A stretch of 62,757 bases of DNA, filler included, from Chiloscyllium plagiosum (GCF_004010195.1; 8 parts of one record of this genome joined end to end with filler, not necessarily neighbours in it); one strand, 5' to 3'. Positions 1 through 11,187 are shown, counted from the first letter of the whole stretch. Numbers and translations: made by a program. Notes: generated from the sequence alone by a model not told the origin.

Positions 1-318
1 CTGTATTCCAGTGAAAACAAACCCAGTCTATCCAACCTTTCTCCATGGCTAGAATCGCCAGACCAGGCAACATCCTGGTAAACCTTTTCTGTACCCTCTC
101 CAAAGCATCCACATCCTTCTGGTAGTGTGGTGACCAGAACTGTATGCAATATTCCAAGTGTGACCTAACTATAGTTCTGTAAAGCTGCAGCATAACCTGT
201 CTTTCCCCTTCCAATGCCCCATCCAATGAAGGCAAGCATGGCATAGGCCTTTTTCACTCCCTTATCTACCTGCCCTGCCCCCTTCAGTGATCTATGGACC
301 TGCACACCCAGATCCCAC
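1..318 (-). mobile_element. CR1 LINE ORF2 RT C-terminal fragment (decayed)
   Basis: Minus strand reads in pieces LGVQVHRSLK..QVDK.VKKAY.MLAFIG and HLEYCIQFWSPHYQKDVDALERVQKRFTRMLPGL, typical of CR1 RT. Confidence 0.85.
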
Positions 319-328
319 ACCCACTCCT

Positions 329-850
329 GTGTTCAATTCTGGTCACCTCATTATAGGAAGGCTGTGGAAGCTTTCGAGAGGGTGCAGAGGAGATTTCCCA
401 GGATGCTGTCTGGACTGGAGGGGCATGTCTTATGAAGAAAGGTTGAGGGAGCTAGGACTTTTCTCATTGGAGTGAAGAAGGATGAGAGGTGACTTGATAG
501 AGGTGTACAAGATGGTGAGAGGCAGAGAGTGGATAACCAGAGACTTTTACCCAGGGCGGGAATGTCCATCACAAAGGGCAATTATTTTAAGGTGTTTGGA
601 GTTAGGTTTCGGGGAGATGTCAGAGGTATGTTCTTTACACAGAGAGTCGGGGGGGGGGTGTGGAATGCACTGCCAGTGATGGGAGTAGAGTCAGAGACAT
701 CAGGGACATGTAAGTGACTCTTGGATAGGCCCATGGAAGATAGTACAACGAAGGGTTTGTGGGTTAGTTTGATCGTAGAGTAGGTTAATGGTTGGTACAA
801 CATCAAGGGACGAAGGGCCTGTACTGTACTGTACTGTTCTATATTCTATG
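329..850 (+). mobile_element. CR1 LINE 3' end
   Basis: SYEERLRELGLFSLE / MRGDLIEVYKMVRG / FFTQRV..WNALP, then 3'UTR gggacgaagggcctgtactgtactgtactgttctatattctatg. Confidence 0.9.
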
Positions 851-852
851 TA

Positions 853-1040
853 AGGATTCTGCTATTCAGGTATAATTTCTGCCTGTATTTGCTGTTCTGA
901 AATGCATCACCTCACATTTGTCTGGATTAAACTCCATCTGCAATTTTTCTGCCCATGCCTCCAATTGATCTATATCCTGCTGTATCCTCTGACAATCCTC
1001 CTCATTATCTGCAACTCCACCAATCTCTGTATCATCCTCA
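853..1040 (-). mobile_element. CR1 RT fragment
   Basis: Reverse complement gives QMEFNPDKCEVMHF. Confidence 0.7.
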
Positions 1041-1044
1041 AAGA

Positions 1045-1280
1045 TTCACTCAGCACGTCTGGCTGAAGGTTGCTGCGAGAGCTTCAGCCTTATCTTTTGC
1101 CCTGACGTGCTGGGCCCCTCCATCATTGAGGGTGGGGAGATTTGTGGAGCCTCCTGCTCCAGTGAGCTGTTTAATTGTCCACCACCGTTCACCACTGGAT
1201 GGGGCAGGACTGCAGAGCTCAGTTTTGATCCATTGACTGTGGGATCACTTAGCTCTGTCTATTACTATCTCTGATCTGAT
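1045..1280 (-). mobile_element. Second non-LTR LINE family (LINE-B, CR1 group) ORF2 fragment
   Basis: Homologous in inverted orientation to 43480-43660 (ctaagctctgcagtcctgcc..tggacaattaaacaactcactgg). Confidence 0.7.
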
Positions 1281-1534
1281 TGGAGACTTTTGAAGGATTC
1301 CAGGTGGATAGAGATTTGCCGAGCAGAATCTTCATGTTCCTGGATAGTTCCTTCGGTGTCTGGTCTGATAGGGCCCCTGTGCACCACTCCCATCTACCCT
1401 GGAATAAAGACTGTCTGACAGGACAATTTGCTTGTTTAACATTCTCTGCCATTTCCCCGCTTTCTCAGTGAACACTGCTCCTGTCTTTGCCTCAGAAACA
1501 CCACAATGAGCTTTAGCAAACTCTCCTTTTATAC

Positions 1535-1850
1535 AGAGACAGAAATTGCTGGAGAAACTCAGCAGGTCTGGCAGTACTTATGGGGAGAAATCAGAGTTAA
1601 GATTTCTTCTGACAGCCAGGAAAAGGTGCTGATGACAGGTGGCTGGAGTTGGAAAGGAGTGAGCGGCTGATGTGGAGCTTCTGCCCAGAGTGAGGGGAGA
1701 ACAAATAGGCAGACAAGGAGATGGATGATAGCGTGACAAGGAGAAAGAGAAGCTGATAATGGGGACCAGGAGCAGGTGGGAATGAGCTAGCTGGGCTGAA
1801 AGCATGACAGGGCCTGGGATACGAGGGTGGGGTAAAGGACATGGAAGGAG
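1535..1850 (-). mobile_element. PLE pLTR remnant (family D)
   Basis: cagaaattgctggagaaactcagcaggtctggcag..gagaaatcagagttaa matches the 40178-40240 terminus and is followed by a purine-rich pLTR-like body. Confidence 0.6.
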
Positions 1851-1851
1851 G

Positions 1852-2202
1852 TCATAGTCATACAACACAGAAACAGACCCCAGTCCATACCGACCATGTT
1901 CCCAAACTAAACTGGTTCCACCTGCCTGCTCCTGGCCCATATCCCTCAAACCCTTTCCCATTCATGGACTTATCCAAATGTCTTCCAAACCTTGGAGCTG
2001 TACCTGCATCCACCATTTCCTCTGACACTTCATTTCTCACACAAACCATTCTCTGAAAGAAATGTTGCCTCATATGCCTTTTTAAACTCTTCCTCCTCTC
2101 ACCTTCAAAGTATGTCCCCTAGTTTTGAACTCTCCTACCTTAGGGGAAAGACCTTTCCTAATCACCTTACCTCTGCTCTACATGATCTTATAAACTTCTA
2201 TA
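1852..2202 (-). mobile_element. CR1 LINE 3' end
   Basis: ORF 1858..2073 (FFQRMVCVRNEVSEEMVDAG..GYGP.AG.W) is the CR1 C-terminus/3'UTR. Confidence 0.8.
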
Positions 2203-3675
2203 ATCCTCCAGTGGTCCCCAGCGTCACAGACACCAGTCTCCAGCCAATTCGATTCACTCCACGTGATATCAAGAAACAGCTGGAGGCACTGGATACTGTA
2301 AAGGCTATGGGCCCTGACAACACTCCAGCAATAGCACTGAAGACGTGTGCTCCAGAACCTGCCTCTCCCCGAGCCNNNNNNNNNNNNNNNNNNNNNNNNN
2401 NNNNNNNNNNNNNNNNNNNNNNNNNNNNNNNNNNNNNNNNNNNNNNNNNNNNNNNNNNNNNNNNNNNNNNNNNNNNNNNNNNNNNNNNNNNNNNNNNNNN
2501 NNNNNNNNNNNNNNNNNNNNNNNNNNNNNNNNNNNNNNNNNNNNNNNNNNNNNNNNNNNNNNNNNNNNNNNNNNNNNNNNNNNNNNNNNNNNNNNNNNNN
2601 NNNNNNNNNNNNNNNNNNNNNNNNNNNNNNNNNNNNNNNNNNNNNNNNNNNNNNNNNNNNNNNNNNNNNNNNNNNNNNNNNNNNNNNNNNNNNNNNNNNN
2701 NNNNNNNNNNNNNNNNNNNNNNNNNNNNNNNNNNNNNNNNNNNNNNNNNNNNNNNNNNNNNNNNNNNNNNNNNNNNNNNNNNNNNNNNNNNNNNNNNNNN
2801 NNNNNNNNNNNNNNNNNNNNNNNNNNNNNNNNNNNNNNNNNNNNNNNNNNNNNNNNNNNNNNNNNNNNNNNNNNNNNNNNNNNNNNNNNNNNNNNNNNNN
2901 NNNNNNNNNNNNNNNNNNNNNNNNNNNNNNNNNNNNNNNNNNNNNNNNNNNNNNNNNNNNNNNNNNNNNNNNNNNNNNNNNNNNNNNNNNNNNNNNNNNN
3001 NNNNNNNNNNNNNNNNNNNNNNNNNNNNNNNNNNNNNNNNNNNNNNNNNNNNNNNNNNNNNNNNNNNNNNNNNNNNNNNNNNNNNNNNNNNNNNNNNNNN
3101 NNNNNNNNNNNNNNNNNNNNNNNNNNNNNNNNNNNNNNNNNNNNNNNNNNNNNNNNNNNNNNNNNNNNNNNNNNNNNNNNNNNNNNNNNNNNNNNNNNNN
3201 NNNNNNNNNNNNNNNNNNNNNNNNNNNNNNNNNNNNNNNNNNNNNNNNNNNNNNNNNNNNNNNNNNNNNNNNNNNNNNNNNNNNNNNNNNNNNNNNNNNN
3301 NNNNNNNNNNNNNNNNNNAGTGTGTACCATCTACAAGATGCACTGCAGAAACTCACCAAAGACCCTCAGACAGCACCTTCCAAACCCACGACCACTTCCA
3401 TCTAGAAGGACAAGGGCAGCAGATACATGGGAACACCACCCCCTGCAAGTTCCCCTCCGAGCCCCTCCCCATCCTGACTTGGAAATATATCACCGTTCCT
3501 TCAGTGTCACTGGGTCAGAATCCTGGAATTCCCTCCCTAAGGGCATTGTGGGTCTACCCACAGCACATGGACTGCAGCGGTTCAAGAAGGCAGCTCACCC
3601 CCACCTTCTCAAGGGGCAACTAGGGACGGGGAATAAATACTGGGCCCAGCCAGTGACACCGTCTAATGAGTGAAT
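2203..3675 (+). mobile_element. LINE-B RT fragment and 3' end, spanning an N gap
   Basis: PIRFTPRDIKKQLEALDTVKAMGPDN.PAI.LKTCAPE before the gap; GSESWNSLPKGIVG..GLQRFKKAAHPHLL plus an AATAAA tail after it. Confidence 0.85.
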
Positions 3676-4061
3676 TTAAAAGAACAACTAAAGCGTTCTG
3701 ATGAAATTAAGTAAATAATGATCCAGGAAATGTTAGATTCTTATATACCCTAATCTAACTCCTCAGTAAATATTCAATTGACACCATACTTAACTCACAC
3801 ACTTTCAGAGTGGGTACAAAGTTCAAATCCCCACCCCCCACAGGAATTGGTGTTGTGTGGGTTTAATGAGTACATCTGGAATAAAAGGCTGACCATGAAA
3901 CAGACCGTTTAAAAGTGACCCGGTTTATATTATTCCACTTTAACTTAACTAACAGTCACAACCAATTTGGTTCATGTTTTAATTGCAATGTTGTGACCTG
4001 TCTGTTCTCAGGTTTTCCCTCTGGCCGCCTGTCCAATACTCAGGCCTTTGCTCAGTTACTA

Positions 4062-4740
4062 AGACCATCAGAAATAGGAAAAGGAGTAGGCCATTCAGCT
4101 CCTCAACTCTACACCGTAATTCAATAGGATCATGGCTGATCTGTCAACCTTCACGTCCACTGTCCTGTCCATTCCCCTTAACCCTTCATTCCCCGACTGA
4201 TCAAGAATCTCTCTCTATCTCAGCGTTAACTATCCACGCGGACTCTGTCCCACAGCTCCCTGGGGTAAGGAGTTCCAAAGACTCCCAACCCTCTGAGAGA
4301 ACAAATCCCTCCTCACCTCGGTCTTCAGTTGGTGCCCCTTTACTCTGAGCCTGTGCCCTCTGGTCCCAGACTCTCCCATGAGGGGAAACTTCCTCTCAGC
4401 GTCGACCCGGTCAAACCCCTTAAGGATCCGATATGTTTCCATGAGATCACCTCTCGATCTTCGAAACCCCAGGGAGTACAGTCCCAGTTGAGAGTGTGTT
4501 GCTGGAAAAGCACAGTAGGTCAGGCAGCATCCGAGGAGCGGAAGAATTGACATTTTGAGCATAAGCCCTTCATCAGGAAGTTTTCCTGATGAAGAGCTTA
4601 TGCCCGAAACGTTGACTCTCCTGTTCCCTGGATGCTGCCTGACCTACTGTGCTTTTCCAGCAACACACTCTCGACTCTGATCTCCAGCACCTGCAATCCT
4701 CAGTCCTCGTCTATCCCGGGGATCATCCTAGAGAACCTGG
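4062..4740 (-). mobile_element. CR1 LINE 3' end interrupted by a mini-PLE at 4489-4700
   Basis: LGLYSLGFRRSRGDLMETYRILKGFDRVDAE..FSQRVGSLWNSLPQ. Confidence 0.85.
4489..4700. mobile_element. Palindromic non-autonomous PLE (Neptune-type family A) with two inverted hammerhead cores
   Basis: Arms 4489-4580 and 4583-4672 are inverted; CTGATGA 4586-4592, GAAAC 4606-4610; tail on the right arm only; approximate TSD cagtcccagt/cagtcctcgt. Confidence 0.8.
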
Positions 4741-4845
4741 GCCTGCCCTCACTCCCGGTTTACCTTCCCCAATGCCACCCTGAATCCCATTCCCAATTGC
4801 CCCTTTCTGCACTGGCTCCATTTCTGAACTTACACTGAAGGGCTG

Positions 4846-4922
4846 AGCTCCACCTCGTGGCTGGGAGTCATTACTGCAGGAGGAACTACCTGCACTGACC
4901 AGCTCTGCCACTAGATGGAGTC
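4846..4922. promoter_or_regulatory. Divergent pair of candidate CTCF sites, each with an upstream (ZF9-11) motif
   Basis: Minus: TGCAGtaatgactcccagCCACGAGGTGGAGC; plus: TGCACtgaccagctctgCCACTAGATGGAGT; upstream-to-core offsets 18 and 17 bp. Confidence 0.55.
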
Positions 4923-5069
4923 TGGTTGGTGAAATTAGTTTAAGGTGGACTTTTAGCACCATATTTATAACATTTATTTTCAGTTATACACTGCATTTAT
5001 TCTAGTGTTTAAACTTTATTGTTGGACTTGCTTTACTTACGGGTAAAGGCATTTATGAATGTACACCAT

Positions 5070-5205
5070 AAAGGAACAAATTACTGCAGATGCTGGTATC
5101 TGTACTGAAATCTACCAATGCTGGGGATCACAACAGGGTTAGACAGCATCTGGAGAGAGAGGACATGCCTAACCTGGGATCGCCAGCATTTGTTGTCTTC
5201 ATTTC
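5070..5205. mobile_element. Degraded PLE-terminus remnant (family D-like)
   Basis: actgcagatgctggtatctg..tgctggggatcacaacagggttagacagcatctggagagaga. Confidence 0.45.
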
Positions 5206-5424
5206 TACTCAATACTTTTTTTTCAAAGTTGTTCTGTATTGGAAAAGGACTGAACCACCTAAACTGTGCAGTATCTGCAGGTTCAGTTTATTTTTCAGAT
5301 TGTTTTAGGCAGGAACACATTGTACTGCATAGCATTTCAATCTGCACATTGCTTTTTCTGAGCAAAATATGTCTGCAGGAAGCTAACTCTGGCATTATTG
5401 AGGAGAAACATCATCTCAGTTCTG

Positions 5425-5720
5425 GGGAGAGGCAATGGCTTTGTGGTCAGTACAATTAATCCACAGACTGCCGGGAATGGTTTGGAGACCTGGGTTTGAA
5501 TTTCACCACAGGGGGTGGTGGAATGTGAATTCAGTAAAAAATCTGGAATTTAGAATCTAATGATGACCAAGAAACTGTTGTTTTGTTTTGGGGAAAAGCC
5601 CCACCTGCTCAATGATGCCCTAGCAGTCCCACAGCAATGTGGTTGACTCACTGAGGGACAGGCAATAAACGCTGGTGTAGCCAGCAATGGCCCACATCCT
5701 GTGGATGAATTATAAAAAAA
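5425..5720 (+). mobile_element. tRNA-derived SINE with LINE-B 3' tail
   Basis: B-box-like gggtttgaatttc; body homologous in inverted orientation to 13730-14060; tail ggcaataaacgctgg..cccacatcc shared with LINE-B. Confidence 0.65.
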
Positions 5721-5724
5721 TACA

Positions 5725-6230
5725 TCCAGCCTGTCAGGTTCCTTTGGAATCTGGTCTGTTTCAATAACACCGTCCTCTTGTTTTCCTGAGCTCCAACAGT
5801 TACAGGCCCAACCAATCTAACCTTTTCTCACACAGCAACAGGCCTCCCTCACCGCAGCAATCAGGTGAGTGAGCCTTCATTGAAATGCTTTGAATGAAAT
5901 TATATTCCTTTCTACCTTTGGTGACCAAACCATTGTGTGAACGTGGTCTCAGCAACACCCTCTCGTTTCCAGTGACCTTAATGTTCAGTATCTACTCACT
6001 GGCTGCAGCTGCTGGCTAACGTACTGTGACACTCAGATCCCTCTGTACCACACAACCCCTGCAATCTTTCTCCATTTAAATACAATCCTGTTTTTCTATT
6101 CTTCCCACCAACATAGACAGGTTCTCCTTTTCCCATTGTATTCCATCTTCCAAACCTATGTCCACTTGCTGAAGTCAATATCTCCTCGTGTCCTCTACAC
6201 ATCTCACTTTCTGACCTATCTTTCAGTTAA
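5725..6230 (-). mobile_element. Old CR1 RT fragment
   Basis: GGKNRKTGLYLNGERLQ..TEG..; heavily decayed. Confidence 0.6.
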
Positions 6231-6527
6231 CTCCAGATCTTCAATCCCTCGGTACACATTTATTGTAATGGTATGGGAGTAAAGGGATGGTCTAGGGATA
6301 GGGTGAGGAACTGGGACAGGGACAGAGACAGAGACAGGGAGTAGGGTGAGCGTCTTCACCAAGGTACCAACCCAAGAAGCCTAAGGTATTTCAGCTGCAG
6401 CCTAACCCCTGTGGGTCTAGACCCACCATCACTGGGGGAATCAGTTTTCATTGCAATTATCACTCAGTAACTCATGGAGTTGAGTTCAGTTTTAACATAA
6501 ATACTTAAATAGGCCCAACTATCTCAG

Positions 6528-6930
6528 AGGAACAAAGGAACAGGAGTAGGCCATTCAGCCCCTCCAACCTGTCCCACCATACAGTGAGATCATGGCTGAT
6601 CTGTGGCCTTCCTCTGTCCCACTGCCTTTGGCCTATATCCCTTCGTACCTTTATTTAGCAAAACTACACCTCAGATTTAAATTTAACACCAGATCCAGCA
6701 CCCACTGCCATTTATGGCAGAGAGTTCCAAACCTCTCCCACCCTGTGTGTGTGGAAGTGCTCCCTAACGTCTCTCCTGAACAATCTGGCCCTCATTCTCA
6801 GACCAAGCCCCTGGCTCTAGAATCCCCAACCAGCGTAAACAGTTTATCTTTATCTGCCCTAACTTTCCTGTTAATGCCTTGAAGACTTTGGTCAGGTCGT
6901 CAATGAGATCAACCCGAACCTTGTAAATCT
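6528..6930 (-). mobile_element. CR1 LINE 3' end
   Basis: ggaacaggagtaggccattcagccc tail; DDLTKVFKAL in ORF 6764..7066. Confidence 0.75.
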
Positions 6931-7237
6931 GAGTTGGGAGGGTGGCACTGAAAAGGCACAGCAGGTCAGGCAGCATCTGAGGAGCAGGAGAGTCACCATT
7001 TCGTGGGTGGGGCTGGAGAGGGCAGAGAAATAACTGGGAGGAGTTTTGGGCTGGACCAAACCCCAACCCCCTCCCATTTACCTCTCAGCCCCCGGCCCAC
7101 AAGCCTCATTCCTGATGAAGGGCTTTTGCCTGAAACATCAATTCTCCTGCCCCTCGGATGCTGCCTGACCTGCTGTGCTTTTCCAGCACCACACTCCCAA
7201 CTCTGATCTCCAGCACCTGCAGTCTGCACTGTCTCCT
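6931..7237. mobile_element. Inverted-arm mini-PLE (family A) with hammerhead
   Basis: Left arm 6931-7000 is inverted relative to 7135-7204; attcCTGATGAagggcttttgcctGAAAcatc at 7108-7139; tail to 7237. Confidence 0.8.
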
Positions 7238-8617
7238 TGAGAGAAAGCTGGTCTAATCTGTATAATCTCGCCACATAACCGGGTCCCTGAACTCCAGGTA
7301 CCAAACCAGCAACTAGATTCTGTGAGCAATGTGTCAATGAAACAAACCCTTTTTCCCCTCCATCTTTCTGACAGCCTGATAATACATTTGCCGTACGGAT
7401 GGAAACATTCACTGACTCACCTTAACGGGCTCCGCACTGCTCTGAAATTCAAACTAGGAAGGAAATAGCCAATGGTGCTGCTGGTGAGTAATCGGCTTGT
7501 TCCCTGCTGTTGTCTACCTGGCTGTTGAGCAGACACATTGGGATTCCTGTCGTACCACACACTATAGAAACACAGAAACTAGGGACAGGAGGAGGCCATT
7601 CAGCCCTTTGAGCCTGCTGCACCATTCCATAGCTTCATGGCTGATCACCTCGATGGCTCAGCCTCCAGCCCCACTTTCTCCTCCCATACCCATGATCCAT
7701 TCAGACCGAAGAATTAGATCAAACTCCTCCCCGACCATGTTGAGGGACAGGGGTCAGTGTAAGCGTGAACCTTGTAAATTGGCCCCAAGCCATTCACTCT
7801 GTGCCAATGGGCAGCTGAAATAGGGAGCATCCAACCCACTGAGCAGCTTAGTCACCATGCTGACTATCTCTACCATCACACAAACGGGCCTACAGCAGTC
7901 ACTCTCCCTTCTAGAAAATGGCCAACCTCCCCCAAGACGTTCTGGAGGGAGAAGGGATCTTGAATATTTGAACAACAGGCACCAGCCCTGGTCATTCCTC
8001 GTTGCAGTTGTGTGGATCTCCGAGATTTGGGAACAAGAAGAGAATCAATGTTTGCGGAGCTCCCCAGCAGCTGCTAGAGGGAACATTGACAATGGGGATC
8101 TGAGTTTCTCCATGCTGCTACATTGCAGTAGCAACCCGTGTGGTGTTCACCACAAACAGGACAGCCATCAAGTCAGAGCTATCCTGCCTCTCACACATAT
8201 CAGTAAGGGTGGGGGATGCTTTCCAGGGCTATTGTGACACCAGGTACATCAGCCATACTGCCCATAGACCGGCCAATCACATCAGGCAGCAAATCCCTTC
8301 AGCTGCCAACAACAAGCCAGCTACTATCCAGAACCAATCAGCCCCAAACCCCCACCCCTCCCCCCTCAACAAGTACAGCATCCTACATCAGCATCTGGAC
8401 AACATTCACTGAATAATCCAGCCTGTGCTAACTATTACACTGACAGCCAATTGAGGATGGCCAGGTGGCTGGAGGCCAGGTGTAAGTGCTGGAAGTGCAG
8501 GTAAATGTTGGGAATATATTTTTATGGAATATGAAAATTAGCCATTGGAAGGTTTAGACATCACCGGGTTAGAGAGAGATTGCTGTGGTTCTGTTCACCA
8601 AGCTGGAAGTTTTTGTT

Positions 8618-8657
8618 GCAAACGTTTCGTCCCCTGGCTAGGCGACATCATCAGTGC
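8618..8657 (-). ncRNA. Minimal type-I hammerhead ribozyme motif (Poseidon pLTR, minus copy)
   Basis: rc gca CTGATGA t gtcgcctagccaggggac GAAA c GTT tgc. Confidence 0.75.
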
Positions 8658-9071
8658 TTGGGAGCCTCCTGCGAAGCGCTTCTTTGATGTTTCCTCCGGT
8701 GTTTATAGTGGTCTGTCCCTGCCGCTTCCGGTTGTCAGTTTCAGCTGTCTGCTGTAGTGGTTGGTATATTGGGTCCAGGTCGATGTGTTTGTTGATGGAG
8801 TTTGTGGATGAATGCCATGCCTCTAGGAATTCCCTGGCTGTTCTCTGTTTGGCTTGCCCTATGATAGTAGTGTTGTCTCAGTCGAATTCATGTTGCTTGT
8901 TGTCTGCGTGTGTGGCTACTAAGGATAGCTGGTCGTGTCGTTTCGTGGCTAGTTGATGTTCATGTATGCGGATTGTTAGCTGCCTTCCTGTCTTCAACCG
9001 GAAGCGGCAGGGACAGACCACTATAAACACCGGAGGAAACATCAAAGAAGCGCTTCGCAGGAGGCTCCCAA

Positions 9072-9111
9072 GCACTGATGATGTCGCCTAACCAGGGGAC
9101 GAAACGTTTGC
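9072..9111 (+). ncRNA. Minimal type-I hammerhead ribozyme motif (Poseidon pLTR, plus copy)
   Basis: gca CTGATGA(9075) t gtc-gcctaaccaggg-gac GAAA(9101) c GTT tgc; stem I gca/tgc. Confidence 0.75.
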
Positions 9112-9379
9112 AACAAAAACTTCCAGCTCGGCGAACAGAACCACAACAACGAGCACCCGAGCTACAAGTCTTCTCACAAACTTAGAGAGGGATTTAACAC
9201 AGACATCACCGGGTTAGAGAGAGATTTAACACAGACCATCACCGGGTTAGAGAGGGATTTCCCACAGACCATCACCAGGTTAGCGAGGGATTTAACACAG
9301 ACATCACCGGGTTAGAGAGGGATTTCCCACAGACCATCACCAGGTTAGCGAGGGATTTAACACAGACATCACCGGGTTA

Positions 9380-10203
9380 TAGAACATAGAATGTAGACCA
9401 TAGAACATTACAGCGCAGTACAGACCCTTTGGCCCTCGATGATGCGCCGACCTGTCATACCAATCTGAAGCCCATCTAACCTACACTATTCCATGTATGT
9501 CCATATGCCTGTCCAATGACGACTTAAATGTACTTAAAGTTGGTGAGTCTACCACTGTTACAGGCAGTGCGTTCCAAGTCCCTACTACTCTCTGAGTAAA
9601 GAAACTACCCCTGACATCTGTTCTATATCTAACACCCCTCAATTTAAAGCTATGCCCCCTCGTGCTTGCCGTCACCATACTTGGAAAAAGGCTCTCCCTT
9701 TCAAAGCCTGGACACACTTTTCTTATCCCTGAAGAAGGGCTCATGCCCGAAACGTCGATTCTCCTGTTCCCTGGATGCTGCCTGACCTGCTGCGCTTTTC
9801 CAGCAACACATTTTCAGCTCTGATCTCCAGCATCTGCAGACCTCACTTTCTCCTCTCCCTGCCCACCCTATCTAACCCTCTGATTATCTTATATGTCTCT
9901 ATTAAGTCACCTCTCAACCTTCTTCTCTCTAACAAAACAGCCAAGTCCCTCAGACAATACTCCAAGTGCGGCCGCACCAGAGTTTTGTACAGCTGTAGCA
10001 TAACCTCATGGTTCTGAAACTCAATCCCTCGACCAATAAAAGCTAACACACCGTATGCCTTCTTAACAACCCTACCAGCCTGGGTGGTAACTTTCAGAGA
10101 TCTATGTACACGGACACCGAGATCTCTCTGCTCATCTACACCAGCAAGAATCTTACCATGAGCCCAGTACTTTGCATTCCGGTTACTCCGACCAAAGTGA
10201 ATC
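9380..10203 (-). mobile_element. CR1 RT C-terminus and 3' end with a PLE insertion at about 9700-9852
   Basis: DLGVRVHRSLKV..LYKTLVRPHLEYC..LRGDLIETYKII; FFTQRVVGTWNALP. Confidence 0.9.
9700..9855 (+). mobile_element. Single-arm PLE 3' end (family A) with intact hammerhead core
   Basis: CTGAAGA(9729)agggctcatgcccGAAAcGTC; tail ..cactttctcct; 8-bp duplication ctctccct at 9692-9699 and 9853-9860. Confidence 0.8.
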
Positions 10204-10394
10204 AGCGACAGAGCTAGTCCTGGATGGAGACTGTCATGTAGAGGCAACATGATTACAAGTTGGAGAGGGACTGGAACGTCAGTACTTTACAGTCACTTTC
10301 TATTATCATTCTGGACTTTTTAAACTCCCCTCCCATGCTAACCTATGTTTTTCACTCTGGACTTTAGGTGCCCTTACAAATTTTTCACTGCACC

Positions 10395-10676
10395 CATTCA
10401 AGTATACCTGGCAACAAAGGCTGCTCTATTCTATCCCCAAACCCGTCCACCATCTGCAAGGCCCAACTCCGGAGTGTGAGGGAATACTCCCCACTTGCCC
10501 TGGATGGGGGCAGCTCCAACAACATTCAAGAAGCTCAACACCATCCAGGACAAAGCAGCTGCTTGATTGGCCCCACACCCACAAACACCCACTCCCTCCC
10601 CCACCCACACTCAGTAGCAGCAGTGTGTACCAGCTACAAGATGCACTGCAGAAACTCACCAAAGATCCTTACACAG
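10395..10676 (+). mobile_element. LINE-B RT C-terminal fragment
   Basis: STICKAQLRSVREYSPLA..HSVAAVCTSYKMHCRNSPKIL. Confidence 0.8.
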
Positions 10677-10922
10677 TGGGATCCTCCCTCAGCACTGACC
10701 CTCTGACAGTGCGGCACTCCCTCAGTACTGAAACTCNNNNNNNNNNNNNNNNNNNNNNNNNNNNNNNNNNNNNNNNNNNNTTAATTAATTAANNNNNNNN
10801 NNNNNNNNNNNNNNNNNNNNNNNNNNNNNNNNNNNNCAGTACTGACCCTCCGACAGTGCAGCACTCCCTCAGCACTGACCCTCTGACAGTGCGGCACTCC
10901 CTCAGTCCTGACCCTCTGACAG
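10677..10922 (-). repeat. 33-bp minisatellite (spans gap)
   Basis: rc of actgtcagagggtcagtgctgagggagtgccgc. Confidence 0.9.
10737..10836. other. Artificial scaffold linker N44-TTAATTAATTAA-N44 (also at 18085, 22625, 28125, 39257, 45559, 58156)
   Basis: Identical 100-nt structure seven times; palindromic core with stops in all six frames. Confidence 0.95.
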
Positions 10923-11187
10923 TTTTGGCCTAATGAATTGCTGGGGTGGAAGGTGCTGTCTCAGAGATGCCGATGTGTCTGGCCGGTTAAAAGCTGATAG
11001 AAATGGCATACCAGCCTTAACAGTGTGACTGGGAGAGTGTAGATTTATAGTTACGGATAGTGTCCCTCGCTCCCACCTCTCTGTCGGTTTGGAAACCCAG
11101 ACACAGGAAGATTCTGGATGGGGAGTGGGGGGGCACGGATTGCTGAGAGTTAACTTCCATTAGTATAGTGGAAACATAGCCCTGGGT

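Larger units (their letters stand above)
8581..9183. mobile_element. Poseidon-like PLE: GIY-YIG C-terminal remnant with inverted pLTRs
   Basis: Minus 8995->8740 encodes KTGRQLTIRIHEHQLATKRHDQLSLVATHADNKQHEFD*DNTTIIGQAKQRTAREFLEAWHSSTNSINKHIDL; 8581-8733 is the inverted copy of 8996-9148. Confidence 0.85.
8555..9380 (+). repeat. 32-33 bp tandem repeat interrupted by a Poseidon-like PLE
   Basis: Unit agacatcaccgggttagagagggatttaacac; about 1 unit at 8555-8580 and about 6 at 9183-9380. Confidence 0.85.

Noticed and set aside
1992..3673. Long ORFs of 340-540 aa (similar ones at 20111-20746, 23982-25037, 46452-47270)
   Set aside because: Open only because N runs contain no stop codons
4489..4700. 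DNA-transposon MITE or pre-miRNA interpretation of the palindromes
   Set aside because: Arms are asymmetric (one-sided tail), match the 3' ends of GIY-YIG-bearing PLE fragments at 15290-15989 and 56567-57372, and have long variable TSDs
6345..6385. SVFTKVPTQEA resembling a PLE RT motif
   Set aside because: Too short and followed immediately by a stop; no flanking homology seen
10781..10792. Recurrent palindrome TTAATTAATTAA inside N runs
   Set aside because: Fixed 44+12+44 layout repeated seven times; a scaffolding linker, not biology
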